Shown one piece after another: positions 39,166 to 49,389 of a stretch of 64,000 nucleotides of DNA. Made by a program: the position numbers and the translations under genes. How positions within the stretch are numbered: position 1 is the stretch's first letter; every line of letters begins with the position of its first letter. The notes beneath the pieces are model-generated. The model was given only the letters and a program-made list of their open reading frames with translations, searched no databases and had not been told where the DNA came from. This DNA comes from an uncultured Puniceicoccaceae bacterium (GTDB lineage: Bacteria > Verrucomicrobiota > Verrucomicrobiia > Opitutales > Coraliomargaritaceae), in NCBI GenBank assembly GCA_964654795.1, contig CAZZKC010000001.1:10028-74027 (forward strand). Direction: 5' to 3'.

Positions 39166-40515
39166 ATGAAAATCATTATCGTCGGTGCCGGAGAAGTCGG
39201 CCACAACTTATGCGCGACGCTAGCAGCTGCTAACCACGATGTGACACTGATAGAAAAATCAGAAGATCGCTGTGAGCGACTGGACGAAGAACAGAACGCA
39301 CGGATTATCAGTGGCAACGGTAGCTCAGCTAGACAACTCGTAGACGTCGAAGTTTCTAAATGTGATGCTTTCTTAGCAATGACTAGTGATGATCGAACAA
39401 ACGTCATCTCATGCTCTTTGGCTAAAGGCCTAGGCGCTAAAAACACAATCGCACGTATCCACGACGAAACTTACAGCGATAATTCAGTCATCAATTATCA
39501 ACTACACTTCGGAATAGATCTTCTCATTAATCCCGAAGCAATCTGTGCCGTAGAGCTGGCAAAACAAATTCGTAGTGCCGGCCGAGTAGCCGTAGAAAAC
39601 TTTGCACGTGGCCAAATCGAAGTTCAACAACAGAAAGTCGCTCACAACTCTCGATTAGCAGGGAAGCAACTAAAGGATCTAAAGTTAGACTCCCGAGCTC
39701 GCATCGGTTATCTTCAAAGAGGAGGAACTTCTGAAGTACCTAATGCAGAGACCGTCTTGCAAGCAGGTGACGTCATCACTCTATTTGGGCACCCGGAAGC
39801 GCTTTACATCTTAAGAGAAAAATTCGATCCGAAGCACAAAGTAGAGCTATCACGTGTCGTTCTATTTGGAGGAAGCGAAACTGCGATCAATCTAATTCAT
39901 CGATTAACGAACCCAAGGTTTAAAATTCGTGTGATCGAAAAAGATCCCATCAAATGCCGCAAACTCGCAGAACGCTTTCCCCATGTAACGGTTATCAATG
40001 GCGATGCAACTTCCCTACGCCTACTCGAAGAAGAACAAATTGGTAGTGCAGACTATTTCGTAGCATGCACGAAAGATGATGAAGAAAACATCCTCACCTG
40101 CATCCAAGCATCAAAACTTGGCGCAAAACACGTTCAACTAGTCATAAACAAAGGTGATTACGACGATCTTCTGGGAATGCTTAAATCTACTCTGGCCATC
40201 GAAGTAGTTGTCTCTCCACGAAGTGCGACCGCCACCTATATGCTGCGAACACTTTCGACAGAAACTGTCGCCAATCTTGCGGAGCTTCCAGACGGAAATG
40301 GACGTATCCTTGAAATTAGAATCGGACACTCTAGCCCCTGCGTAGGGCGCAAGATTAAAGATATACAGCTACCTCGCGGAAGCTTATTTGTTGCCCTTCT
40401 CCATAAATTTAAAGCGAAAGTTCCAGCAGCAGACGATCAAATTTTAGCGGGTGACAGAGTCGTCGTCCTCGTAAATCAAGATCAAGAAAAAGCGCTTCTA
40501 CAAAAACTTGTATAG
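39166..40515 (+). CDS. trkA: Trk potassium uptake system, NAD-binding subunit TrkA
   Basis: [15 protein letters not shown], tandem RCK N/C domains, 449 aa. Followed by trkH. Confidence 0.9.
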   Translation: MKIIIVGAGEVGHNLCATLAAANHDVTLIEKSEDRCERLDEEQNARIISGNGSSARQLVDVEVSKCDAFLAMTSDDRTNVISCSLAKGLGAKNTIARIHDETYSDNSVINYQLHFGIDLLINPEAICAVELAKQIRSAGRVAVENFARGQIEVQQQKVAHNSRLAGKQLKDLKLDSRARIGYLQRGGTSEVPNAETVLQAGDVITLFGHPEALYILREKFDPKHKVELSRVVLFGGSETAINLIHRLTNPRFKIRVIEKDPIKCRKLAERFPHVTVINGDATSLRLLEEEQIGSADYFVACTKDDEENILTCIQASKLGAKHVQLVINKGDYDDLLGMLKSTLAIEVVVSPRSATATYMLRTLSTETVANLAELPDGNGRILEIRIGHSSPCVGRKIKDIQLPRGSLFVALLHKFKAKVPAADDQILAGDRVVVLVNQDQEKALLQKLV

Positions 40516-40518
40516 GTT

Positions 40519-41991
40519 GTGAATACACAAATCATCTACAAGCTCCTCAGCCTAGTGCTGTTGGCCCTAACAGGTGCATTTTGTATGTGCGTCCTTGCCG
40601 GCTGGATCTGGGGCGAATCTTTGACTGATCAGTCAATGCAAGGGTTTCTTATTACCATCGCCATATCCATAGGCCTCTCATCAATTTTCCACCTCCTTGG
40701 CCGAAAAGGGGAAATAAAACTTTTTCGACGAGAAGCATTGTGCGCAATTGGAGTCTCATGGATACTAGCGACCATTGTCGGCTCGATTCCCTACATATTA
40801 ATTGTTGAAGACTGCCACTTCTCTGATGCTCTATTTGAATGTTCCTCTGGTTTGACAACCACTGGAGCCACAGCCTTTCCAAATTTCTACGAATTTCCTA
40901 AAAGCCTTCTTTTCTGGCGATCCCTCAGCCAATGGGTCGGCGGATTGGGAGTTGTTGTATTTTTCGTGGCCCTCCTATCCTCGCTTGGAGCCGGTGCAAA
41001 GATTCTCTTCAGTAATGAATCTTCCGGAACATCCTCCGACTTCGATAGCGGCCGAATTCAACAGGGTGCCTTTATTCTAATGCTTTATTATGTCGGGCTC
41101 TCGATCTTATGCATGATCGCATACAAACTAGGAGGCATGAACTGGTTTCAGGCAGTTAACCACGGAATGACAACTGTCGCGACCGGAGGCTTCAGCACAG
41201 AATCACTCAGTATGGAACAATTTAACAGCCCGAGATTGGAATGGATCTCTATCGTTTTCATGGCCGTGAGTGGAACAACGTTTGTCTTCGTCATTCGCTT
41301 ACTCCGCGGTCGAGCCACATCGCTTCGACAAAATCACGAAGTTTACTGGTTTTACGGAATCCTCTTGGTCAGCACCGCACTACTCGTTCTTTATCTAGTT
41401 GAACTTACAGGCGACTACCCTTCTTGGGATATGTTGCGGACTGCTGCATTTCAATCAGTGTCAATCATGACGACCACTGGCTACTCAAGCGCAAATTTCG
41501 ACCAATGGCTTCCTCCAGCAAAAATGCTTCTAATTATCTTAATGATTATCGGCGGATGTTCAGGATCGACCAGTGGAGGTGTGAAGGTCGTTCGTATTAT
41601 CATAGCGTTCCGCGCAGCCATAAGAAGTATAGTGCAGTCATTTCGGCCAAACGTAACATTACCGATACGAATGGGCGGGCAATTAATGGGTGAAAGAGCC
41701 ATCAATAGTGTAACCGTATTTTTGATGCTCATGATTACATTACAAGTTTCTGCAATGCTCTTTGTCTCAGCAAATGAACCACACCTTTCATTTCTCGGCA
41801 CTTTCTCCTCAGTACAAGCAACCCTATTTAATATCGGACCAGGCTTCGGTGCAGTAGGTCCTGCAGAAAATTTTCACTTCCTCCGTGCATCGACAAAAGT
41901 ATTTCTCTCCTTCCTCATGATTTTAGGCCGCTTAGAACTATACGCAGTGCTTGTTCTATTTTCACCCTCTTTCTGGAAACGCTTCTCATAA
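40519..41991 (+). CDS. trkH: Trk-type potassium transporter membrane subunit TrkH
   Basis: [14 protein letters not shown] and [13 protein letters not shown] pore-loop motifs. GTG start. Confidence 0.9.
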   Translation: MNTQIIYKLLSLVLLALTGAFCMCVLAGWIWGESLTDQSMQGFLITIAISIGLSSIFHLLGRKGEIKLFRREALCAIGVSWILATIVGSIPYILIVEDCHFSDALFECSSGLTTTGATAFPNFYEFPKSLLFWRSLSQWVGGLGVVVFFVALLSSLGAGAKILFSNESSGTSSDFDSGRIQQGAFILMLYYVGLSILCMIAYKLGGMNWFQAVNHGMTTVATGGFSTESLSMEQFNSPRLEWISIVFMAVSGTTFVFVIRLLRGRATSLRQNHEVYWFYGILLVSTALLVLYLVELTGDYPSWDMLRTAAFQSVSIMTTTGYSSANFDQWLPPAKMLLIILMIIGGCSGSTSGGVKVVRIIIAFRAAIRSIVQSFRPNVTLPIRMGGQLMGERAINSVTVFLMLMITLQVSAMLFVSANEPHLSFLGTFSSVQATLFNIGPGFGAVGPAENFHFLRASTKVFLSFLMILGRLELYAVLVLFSPSFWKRFS

Positions 41992-42005
41992 AAATTACAA
42001 AAAAA

Positions 42006-42024
42006 AGCCCGCTCATCACGGGCT
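42006..42024. terminator. shared terminator hairpin between convergent trkH and ferredoxin genes
   Basis: agcccg-(7 nt)-cgggct, flanked by A8 upstream on the plus strand (equal to T8 after the stem on the minus strand). Stronger for the minus-strand ferredoxin gene. Confidence 0.7.
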
Positions 42025-42066
42025 TTCGATTAAGAAGATACATATCTCACGCAAAGTCGTATAAAA

Positions 42067-42303
42067 TTAACCTTCCCCGTCTTCTCCAATAGCCTCAACT
42101 GGACAACCCTCAAGAGCTTCCATACATAACTCTACTCCTTCTTCTGACTCAGGCTGCTTGTGAACAAAAGAATAACCTCCGTCTTCATTACGAGTGAAGA
42201 AATCTGGGGCCGTCTCACGGCACAAATCACAATCAATGCATTGTTCATCCACGTAAAATTTGCCTTTTACATTTTCCGGCCACTTTTCATCTATTTCTGC
42301 CAT
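42067..42303 (-). CDS. small ferredoxin (single Fe-S cluster type)
   Basis: MAEIDEKWPENVKGKFYVDEQCIDCDLCRETAP...GCPVEAI, with a CxxCxxC...CP pattern. Start placed at the ATG at 42303. Confidence 0.8.
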   Translation of the reverse strand: MAEIDEKWPENVKGKFYVDEQCIDCDLCRETAPDFFTRNEDGGYSFVHKQPESEEGVELCMEALEGCPVEAIGEDGEG

Positions 42304-42515
42304 AATACTGTGACAAATTGAGAAAAACCCGTTTAAGTCAAGCGGTAAGCCCTTTCTTAACAAGTGTTTTAAAAAAGTGTTCTATCAAAATATATGCCTT
42401 CATTTGCATTCTTTGAAAAATCTCTATTGCCTCATCATCCATATAATGCGGGAACTTTATAACACCTGTCGGTGTCTTGACCTTAAAAGCTTTAATCGAC
42501 TCACACTATTTTTCA

Positions 42516-43418
42516 ATGCTCTATGATCGTTCATATATGAGACAACAAATACCTCCTCGATCCACGAAGAGGCGTAGTGCTGTCACGATCCTAATCGCAA
42601 TTACCGTTGGAGTCTTCGTACTACAACAATTATTAAACGTTCTTTTCCCTATCTTTGGTGGTCACGACAACCCATTCATGGCTGAATGGTTTGCACTGAG
42701 TAGGGAGCATTTCCGAAACCTCAAAGTCTGGACAATTCTTTCATACGCATTCCTGCATAGCACCCAAGGTTTCATACATATTATCGGAAATATGCTCGGT
42801 CTGTTTTTTATCGGCAGGATGCTAGAGCCAATTCTAGGTAAGCGGCAGTTTATCAACCTGTATTTGGGAGGGGCCATAATCGGTGGATTTGCCTACATCG
42901 CTTTGCATCACAGCGGTGCTCAATCAGTCGTCGGCGCTTCAGCATCAATTTTTGCGATAATGACATTCTTCTGTCTGCTCCGACCAGAGCAACCGATCAC
43001 ACTGCTACTTTTTTTTGTTCTTCCAATAACCGTAAAGCCAAAATGGATTTTTTGGGGTGCACTTGGAATATCTCTACTCGGTGTTCTATTCTACGAACTT
43101 CCGGGGAAATCTATTGTGGCTCACTCAGCTCACCTGGGTGGATTCATTGCTGGAGTTCTTTACTTCTGTTTCGTCTATAAAGGACAACCATTTTTCGTTC
43201 AGTCATCAAATATCACGTCAATCGAACCTCCAGAATGGATGAAACGTCGCAAACCAATCGAACGTGAAGTCACTTACAAAGTAAACTTAACCAGTCGCGA
43301 CAAAATTCAAGAGGAAGTTGATCGCATACTAGATAAAATCAATAGTTCAGGCTTCCAATCACTCAATGAGGATGAAAAGTCTACGCTCGACCGGGCACGA
43401 GATCTATTGAACAAATAG
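42516..43418 (+). CDS. rhomboid family intramembrane serine protease
   Basis: FLHS...HIIGNM, GASASIFA (catalytic Ser) and AHLGGFIAG (catalytic His). Start placed at the ATG at 42516 (MLYDRSYMR). Confidence 0.8.
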   Translation: MLYDRSYMRQQIPPRSTKRRSAVTILIAITVGVFVLQQLLNVLFPIFGGHDNPFMAEWFALSREHFRNLKVWTILSYAFLHSTQGFIHIIGNMLGLFFIGRMLEPILGKRQFINLYLGGAIIGGFAYIALHHSGAQSVVGASASIFAIMTFFCLLRPEQPITLLLFFVLPITVKPKWIFWGALGISLLGVLFYELPGKSIVAHSAHLGGFIAGVLYFCFVYKGQPFFVQSSNITSIEPPEWMKRRKPIEREVTYKVNLTSRDKIQEEVDRILDKINSSGFQSLNEDEKSTLDRARDLLNK

Positions 43419-43505
43419 GCAATCCTCAGAATACTCTTTTGCTTCCTTTCAAACAATCATCTGCCCAACCCAGAAAGACCGCAACGGCCTTCACCTTATT
43501 TTAGC

Positions 43506-45956
43506 ATGATACGCACCTTTCTCGAATATACCGCAAAATACAGTTTCCATGCTTCAGCAGCGCTTCTGACACTGCTTCCGAGTAGTCAACAGGCAGCTCA
43601 ACTCGAACCAACAAGCGAAATGGCCGCCCAAACGAGATGGGTTGTCAATACCATCAACTCACGCCATTTTCTAAAAGAAAATGTCGAAAAACTCGATGGC
43701 GAAGAAATGGTTGAAGCCTACATTGCCTCATTCGATTTTGGAAAAATGCAGTTTATTCGCCCAGAAATCGATGATTTCAACTTTCGCTTCGCTGGAGCAA
43801 TGGAAGATTTTCTTGAAAAAGGTAACCTTTACGCAGCTTTCAATATCTATCAAAATTTTAGTGATCAGGTAACAGCTCGCACAGATTGGGTTAACACCCG
43901 CCTCGATGAAGATTTTGATTTCACCATCGATGAGACTTTTGCTCCTGACCGTCGAGATGAACAGTGGCCTGCAGATAAAGAAACTGCGGATGCACTCTGG
44001 GAACAACGTCTGAAATACGAACTACTTAACGAGATGCTATCTTTAGCATCAGAATACAAAGAGCCAGAAGGCGAAGATTCCAAAGAAAAGGCAGAGAAAA
44101 CAGTAAAGAAAAATACCTCTTCATCACTCGATCCCGTGAATCCCGATATCTATGAAGACATCGAGGAGGAAGATAAATTTGATCCGTCCAAAGTACAACG
44201 CCTCTTATCGGACAATGTATTCCGCGATCAAATGCTCGACGAAGCACGGAAGAAAATTCGACGACGCTACGAGCGCAACTTGCTAATTGTTCAAGATCGT
44301 GAAGCTGCAGAGGTGCAAGAGTCTTTTATAAATTCAATGACTCAACTATTCGATCCGCACTCTAGCTTTTTATCTGCGGATACTTTAGAGGGCTTTAACT
44401 CAGCTGTCCAAAATTCATTTGTTGGCATCGGCGCACTCCTTCAAGACGACGACGGAGTGTGCACAATCAAACAAGTCCTTCCCGGAGGACCTGCAGAAGA
44501 ATCACGCCTACTCCACGATGAAGATCAAATCCTCGGAGTCGCACAAGGGCCTGACGGTGAATTCGAAGACGTGATCGATATGCAACTTCGCTACATTGTT
44601 CGCAAAATTAAAGGTGAAAAAGGTACCGTTGTTAGACTACTAATCCGTCCTGGAGATGCCTCTGACCCCTCCATTCGAAAGGATATATCAATCGTTCGCG
44701 GCGAAGTGAAGCTCACAGCTAATTTAGCTTCAGCAAAATTAATTTCTGTCCCAATAACCGACTCCGAAACTGTTGCTGTCGGTGTCATCGAACTGCCTTC
44801 ATTCTACGGAAACATTGGTGCTGGCGACACACTAACAACTACCACTGATGATGTCACAGAGCTGATAAATAAGCTAAAGCTTGCCCAAGCCAAAGGAATC
44901 ATCCTCGACCTTCGTATGAACGGAGGTGGCCTTCTAACCGAAGCGGTACGCCTGACAGGGCTATTCATTCCAGTCGGACCTGTCGTTCAAGTGCTTGATA
45001 ACCAAGGCAGAGCTGACGTGCTATCCGACCGCGACCCGACTATTGGATGGGATGGCCCTCTCATAGTCTTAACATCTCGTTTTAGCGCATCCGCTTCAGA
45101 AATCGTCGCGGGCGCGCTCCAAGACCATGACCGCGCACTGATTGTAGGAAATAGTTCGACCCATGGCAAAGGAACCGTCCAAGAAGTTTACAACATGAAC
45201 TCGCGATCTTCATTTAGCTTTTTCCAAAAAAGGCAACCAATGACGCGGCCAGTGGCTTCAAAAATTACTATCAAACAATTCTATTTACCCGACGGCAGCT
45301 CGACCCAACTTAAAGGCGTTCCCTCAGACATCATCCTCCCATCTGTGAACGAATTTCTGCCCATCGGAGAGTCTGACCTAGATCACGCACTCCCCTGGGA
45401 TAAGACTCAAGAAGTCGACTGGATCAACGATTGGGATAAACTCAACATCGCTAGCCCACAAGATCCGACACTACGCTCAAACCTACTCGCCAGTAGCAAA
45501 AAACGACAAGAATCGCTCCCTGAGTTCAATTTCCTTAAACAACAGATTGATTGGAGACACAAACGTTTCGAAGAAAAGAAGATCTCATTGAACCTAAAAC
45601 AACGCATTACTAAAAAAATCAAAGATCAGGCTTACGTAGAACAATTAGACGAAACTTATGATAAGCTCAGCGAAACAGACTACGAAATGGAAGAAATCCT
45701 ACTTGAAATTACAAAAGAACAAGAGGCATTATCTAAAAAGAATTTAGCTGAACCTGATCCAACAGCCATTGCGATCGAAGTCACGACAGAAGGAATCGAC
45801 AAAGCAGATGAAACTTCAAAAGGCGAAGAAGAAGACGAGCCATTCTACGACATCTACTTGCGTGAAAGTGCACGAATTATGGCTGATTGGATTTCCGCGC
45901 TACCAGACAATAGCACTGCAAGGACAACGCCCAAAATAATACAAGGTAATTTGTAA
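43506..45956 (+). CDS. S41 carboxy-terminal processing (tail-specific) protease
   Basis: 816 aa with a signal-like N-terminus and a PDZ region ([25 protein letters not shown]). S41 core ([30 protein letters not shown]). Confidence 0.85.
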   Translation: MIRTFLEYTAKYSFHASAALLTLLPSSQQAAQLEPTSEMAAQTRWVVNTINSRHFLKENVEKLDGEEMVEAYIASFDFGKMQFIRPEIDDFNFRFAGAMEDFLEKGNLYAAFNIYQNFSDQVTARTDWVNTRLDEDFDFTIDETFAPDRRDEQWPADKETADALWEQRLKYELLNEMLSLASEYKEPEGEDSKEKAEKTVKKNTSSSLDPVNPDIYEDIEEEDKFDPSKVQRLLSDNVFRDQMLDEARKKIRRRYERNLLIVQDREAAEVQESFINSMTQLFDPHSSFLSADTLEGFNSAVQNSFVGIGALLQDDDGVCTIKQVLPGGPAEESRLLHDEDQILGVAQGPDGEFEDVIDMQLRYIVRKIKGEKGTVVRLLIRPGDASDPSIRKDISIVRGEVKLTANLASAKLISVPITDSETVAVGVIELPSFYGNIGAGDTLTTTTDDVTELINKLKLAQAKGIILDLRMNGGGLLTEAVRLTGLFIPVGPVVQVLDNQGRADVLSDRDPTIGWDGPLIVLTSRFSASASEIVAGALQDHDRALIVGNSSTHGKGTVQEVYNMNSRSSFSFFQKRQPMTRPVASKITIKQFYLPDGSSTQLKGVPSDIILPSVNEFLPIGESDLDHALPWDKTQEVDWINDWDKLNIASPQDPTLRSNLLASSKKRQESLPEFNFLKQQIDWRHKRFEEKKISLNLKQRITKKIKDQAYVEQLDETYDKLSETDYEMEEILLEITKEQEALSKKNLAEPDPTAIAIEVTTEGIDKADETSKGEEEDEPFYDIYLRESARIMADWISALPDNSTARTTPKIIQGNL

Positions 45957-46006
45957 GATAGAAACCCTTAATCCTAGTTAAGAAGCTAGCCTCGCCTCTC
46001 AATAAT

Positions 46007-47020
46007 TCATCTAGACTGAAAATCTCGAAATTTTCCTTTGTAACGACGGCTCAATTTTTCGAGTTCTTGGGCTGACTCTGATTCGGTACGAAAACCGATA
46101 AAATGAATACGTGGCTCAATCCCATACTCACGAGTTAACTGACGAACCGTCTTAGCCAGATCCTCCCAAGGTACATTTCCACCTGAAACACCTCCTAAAG
46201 CATTTCTTTGAAAATCTCCGTCAGAAATAACAAAAATAATCTCCGGCTCTAACTGAAATGCTACAGTGAAAGCACCTTCTATTCCATCGACTGAATAACC
46301 AAGCTTTGTTGACTTCCTGGTCGAACGCACATTCGCAGCGATCCAACTCTTCCCAATATTCTTATTTCGACTACCCGCAGCAATCAGGTAATCGCGAAAC
46401 GTTCCCACCTTTCTCGAAAATGGAACTAAACCAAACAATGTATTTGCATTTAACCCATCAATCAGCTTAGAAAGCTCACTCACAAAAACTGTTGTAGATA
46501 CTCCAGCAGCAGACGCCTTAGTCCACACTGTCGTGCTATTATCAAACAAAATAACAATGCGTTGGCCACTGTCCTCAATACCAAAAAGTGAAGCCGAAGA
46601 AGCTTGATTACTTAAACCATTTAATGCGCCTAAGGCTCCAGATTGCCCTAACAACGCATCAGACTGAAGGAGTGCTGAGCTACGCTCAATCGGATTAAAC
46701 GCATTTTTAGGCAAAAGCGGCAGAGAAGGTAGGGCATCTGGTAAAAGCGCACTCGTGCGAATACGATCCATTTGCATCGGAGAGCTCGCCGCATTTTGAA
46801 ATTCAGCAAGAGCCACCTTGTGCTCCAGCTGCTTTTGCGGAAGGTAAATCTTCTTTTTTGCAACAAACTCTGGCTGAGACTTAAATTCCGGAACCAAAAC
46901 GACAACAAAAACAGCAATTAAAAGTAACCCTACTTGGATCAATAAAGCCAGCAACAACGGCTCAACCTTAGACCGCATTGGTTTGCGACTTAGCGTCTCT
47001 TTGCTGCACACGGTTGCCAT
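46007..47020 (-). CDS. vWA domain protein with N-terminal membrane anchor
   Basis: One transmembrane helix (LLLALLIQVGLLLIAVFVVVLV). MIDAS-like RIVILFDNSTT and VISDGD. Start uncertain (47104, 47020 or 46978). Confidence 0.6.
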   Translation of the reverse strand: MATVCSKETLSRKPMRSKVEPLLLALLIQVGLLLIAVFVVVLVPEFKSQPEFVAKKKIYLPQKQLEHKVALAEFQNAASSPMQMDRIRTSALLPDALPSLPLLPKNAFNPIERSSALLQSDALLGQSGALGALNGLSNQASSASLFGIEDSGQRIVILFDNSTTVWTKASAAGVSTTVFVSELSKLIDGLNANTLFGLVPFSRKVGTFRDYLIAAGSRNKNIGKSWIAANVRSTRKSTKLGYSVDGIEGAFTVAFQLEPEIIFVISDGDFQRNALGGVSGGNVPWEDLAKTVRQLTREYGIEPRIHFIGFRTESESAQELEKLSRRYKGKFRDFQSR

Positions 47021-47160
47021 CAAAATTGAAAAGTGCACGAACCACCCTTCAATAGCAAAACATGAATACAAATTCTTCGAATACTTCATAAAATTTATTT
47101 TCAAAACACTGCTTGACTTCGATATCTTGATTTTTACTGTCAGCGCTTCTTTAACTTTTA

Positions 47161-47237
47161 GGGGTAGTAGCTCAGTTGGTTAGAGCGCCTGCCTGTCACG
47201 CAGGAGGCCGCGAGTTCAAGTCTCGTCTATCCCGCCA
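47161..47237 (+). tRNA. tRNA-Asp (anticodon GTC), CCA encoded
   Basis: Folded by hand. Acceptor ggggtag/ctatccc (one G-U), D-arm agctcagttggttagagc, anticodon stem cctgc/gcagg with loop ctGTCac, T-arm gcgag-ttcaagt-ctcgt, discriminator g and CCA. Confidence 0.95.
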
Positions 47238-47242
47238 TTTAA

Positions 47243-47274
47243 GCCTGTTGATTTTAAATCAACGGGCTTTTTTT
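47243..47274 (+). terminator. rho-independent terminator after tRNA-Asp
   Basis: 11-bp stem gcctgttgatt/aatcaacgggc (one G-U), 3-nt loop, followed by T7. Confidence 0.8.
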
Positions 47275-47437
47275 GGTCAGATTGATCGTAATAGAAAAAT
47301 ATCCAAGTGAAATTGAAATCTATTAGTTTGACCCAACTCAAATACAGACGTAACTCGTCCCGCATTAACTTTCCGACGAAGTAACAATAGCTACTAAAAG
47401 ACTTTCCGCAGAAGTATTCACTTCCTTTTGAAATACA

Positions 47438-48964
47438 ATGACCACTCGCACAGTTCGCCCTTCTACAGGCCCAATTTTAGAAAATCCAGATATCGTCCTT
47501 ATTGGCGGTGGAATCATGAGCGCAACACTAGGGATCATGCTCAAAAAGCTAGATCCTAGCTTAACGATTCAAATCCTTGAATCACTTCCACGCGTCGCCT
47601 TAGAAAGTTCCCATGCATGGAACAACGCCGGGACAGGGCACGCAGCACTCTGCGAATTAAACTACACTCCTCAGGAACAAGATGGTTCAGTCAAAGCCCA
47701 TAAAGCAGTTAAAATTAACGAACAGTTCGAAAATTCAAAACACTTCTGGGCTTACCTGATCGAACAAAATATCATCAAAGATCCAAGCGTTTTTATAAAA
47801 CAAGTTCCACATATGAGCTTCGTTCGTGGCTCTAAAGATCAGACCTACCTTCGTAAACGCTTCGAAGCAATGAGCGCGCACCATCTATTTGATGAAATGC
47901 AGTATTCCGAGGATCCAAACGTAATCGCCAAATGGGCACCTCTTCTCGTCAAAGGTCGTTCAAATTCAGAACCAATCGCAGCTACTCGTGTAGAATCAGG
48001 AACTGACATTAATTTCGGCGCATTAACTCAAAAACTGATCGATCACCTCATTACTCTGGATGGAGTCGAGTTGGCCATGCAAGCACGCGTGACAGATATC
48101 GATCAGAAAAACGACGGCCAATGGAGGTTAAAAATTGAAAGCGAAAATGAAGGAAAACGAAAACTGCGAGCGAAATTTGCTTTCATAGGAGCGGGTGGAG
48201 GATCGTTGCATCTTTTACAAAAATCAGGAATCTCAGAAGGTAAAGGGTATGGAGGTTTTCCAGTAAGTGGGCAGTTTCTCGTCTGTGAAAACGAGGCAAT
48301 CATTAACGAGCACTCCGCTAAGGCATATGGAAAAGCAGCAGTGGGCGCGCCACCGATGTCGGTGCCACACCTTGATACACGAGTCATCGACGGGAAGAAA
48401 GCTCTACTGTTCGGGCCATACGCAGGATTTTCTCCAAAATTCCTTAAAGAAGGCTCAATCCTTGATCTGATAAAATCAGTAAAACTCGACAACATTTTAC
48501 CTTTATTAGCTGTCGGTCGAGACAACATGTCTCTTACACAATACTTAATCAACGAAGTCCGCAAAACGCATAAAGATCGTTGTGACAGCCTTCGCGAGTT
48601 CTTTCCGGCTGCAAAAGATAGTGAATGGAAACTTGTCACAGCGGGACAGCGCGTGCAGATCATCAAAAAAAATGAGGACAGTACTGGTAAATTGGAATTT
48701 GGAACAGAAGTCGTCTCTGCACAGGACGGTAGTATTGCAGCGCTCCTAGGCGCATCACCAGGCGCATCCACTTCTGTCTCAATTATAATAGAAGTCCTTC
48801 ATAAGTGTTTCGCAAAGAAAATGGCAACGGATGAGTGGAAGAAAAAATTGCGAGAGATGCTACCAGCATATGAAATTAATTTAACGGAAGATGAAGAGCG
48901 CTATCGCACTCTCCGAAATCACGCCGATACTTTACTGAAAATCGCTACAACAGCCACAGCATAA
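47438..48964 (+). CDS. mqo: malate:quinone oxidoreductase
   Basis: DIVLIGGGIMSATLG FAD motif. 508 aa with overall Mqo-like sequence (NNAGTGHAALCELNYTP). Confidence 0.9.
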   Translation: MTTRTVRPSTGPILENPDIVLIGGGIMSATLGIMLKKLDPSLTIQILESLPRVALESSHAWNNAGTGHAALCELNYTPQEQDGSVKAHKAVKINEQFENSKHFWAYLIEQNIIKDPSVFIKQVPHMSFVRGSKDQTYLRKRFEAMSAHHLFDEMQYSEDPNVIAKWAPLLVKGRSNSEPIAATRVESGTDINFGALTQKLIDHLITLDGVELAMQARVTDIDQKNDGQWRLKIESENEGKRKLRAKFAFIGAGGGSLHLLQKSGISEGKGYGGFPVSGQFLVCENEAIINEHSAKAYGKAAVGAPPMSVPHLDTRVIDGKKALLFGPYAGFSPKFLKEGSILDLIKSVKLDNILPLLAVGRDNMSLTQYLINEVRKTHKDRCDSLREFFPAAKDSEWKLVTAGQRVQIIKKNEDSTGKLEFGTEVVSAQDGSIAALLGASPGASTSVSIIIEVLHKCFAKKMATDEWKKKLREMLPAYEINLTEDEERYRTLRNHADTLLKIATTATA

Positions 48965-48986
48965 TAACTATTGGATATCCGGAAAT

Positions 48987-49307
48987 ATGGAAGAAGTAGA
49001 ACCCAAAATAGCCGCACAATTCAAAAAGGATGCTCCCGACTCTACTGTATTACTTGATGTTCGTGAAGACTCAGAACTCACGATCTGCCGCATTGAAGGC
49101 GCACTACACATTCCAATGGGAGAAATTCCAGAACGTCACACTTCGTTGCCTACCAATGGAAAACTGATTGTATTCTGTCACCATGGAATGAGAAGCGCCA
49201 ACGTCATTCAATTTCTAGAAGCCAAGGGCTTCACAAACACTCTAAACCTAGCAGGCGGTATCCACGCTTGGGCGATCGACGTGGATTCCGAAATGACACG
49301 CTATTGA
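48987..49307 (+). CDS. single-domain rhodanese-like sulfurtransferase
   Basis: 106 aa with active-site loop CHHGMRS. Confidence 0.85.
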   Translation: MEEVEPKIAAQFKKDAPDSTVLLDVREDSELTICRIEGALHIPMGEIPERHTSLPTNGKLIVFCHHGMRSANVIQFLEAKGFTNTLNLAGGIHAWAIDVDSEMTRY

Positions 49308-49389
49308 AACCCGCTTCACACTAGAAAAAGCAAAACCGGAAAATCTCATGCGAAAAGAAACCTGGTAAAACCCTTCCCGAAAAACATAC

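Noticed and set aside
47161-47437. tRNA-Asp as an integration hotspot for a genomic island
   Set aside because: No integrase, no direct repeat of the tRNA 3' end and no compositional shift were seen downstream. mqo follows after an ordinary terminator.
48103-48771. 222-aa minus-strand ORF
   Set aside because: It is antisense to mqo. Its Ser/Pro/Arg-rich composition is typical of a reverse-frame artefact.
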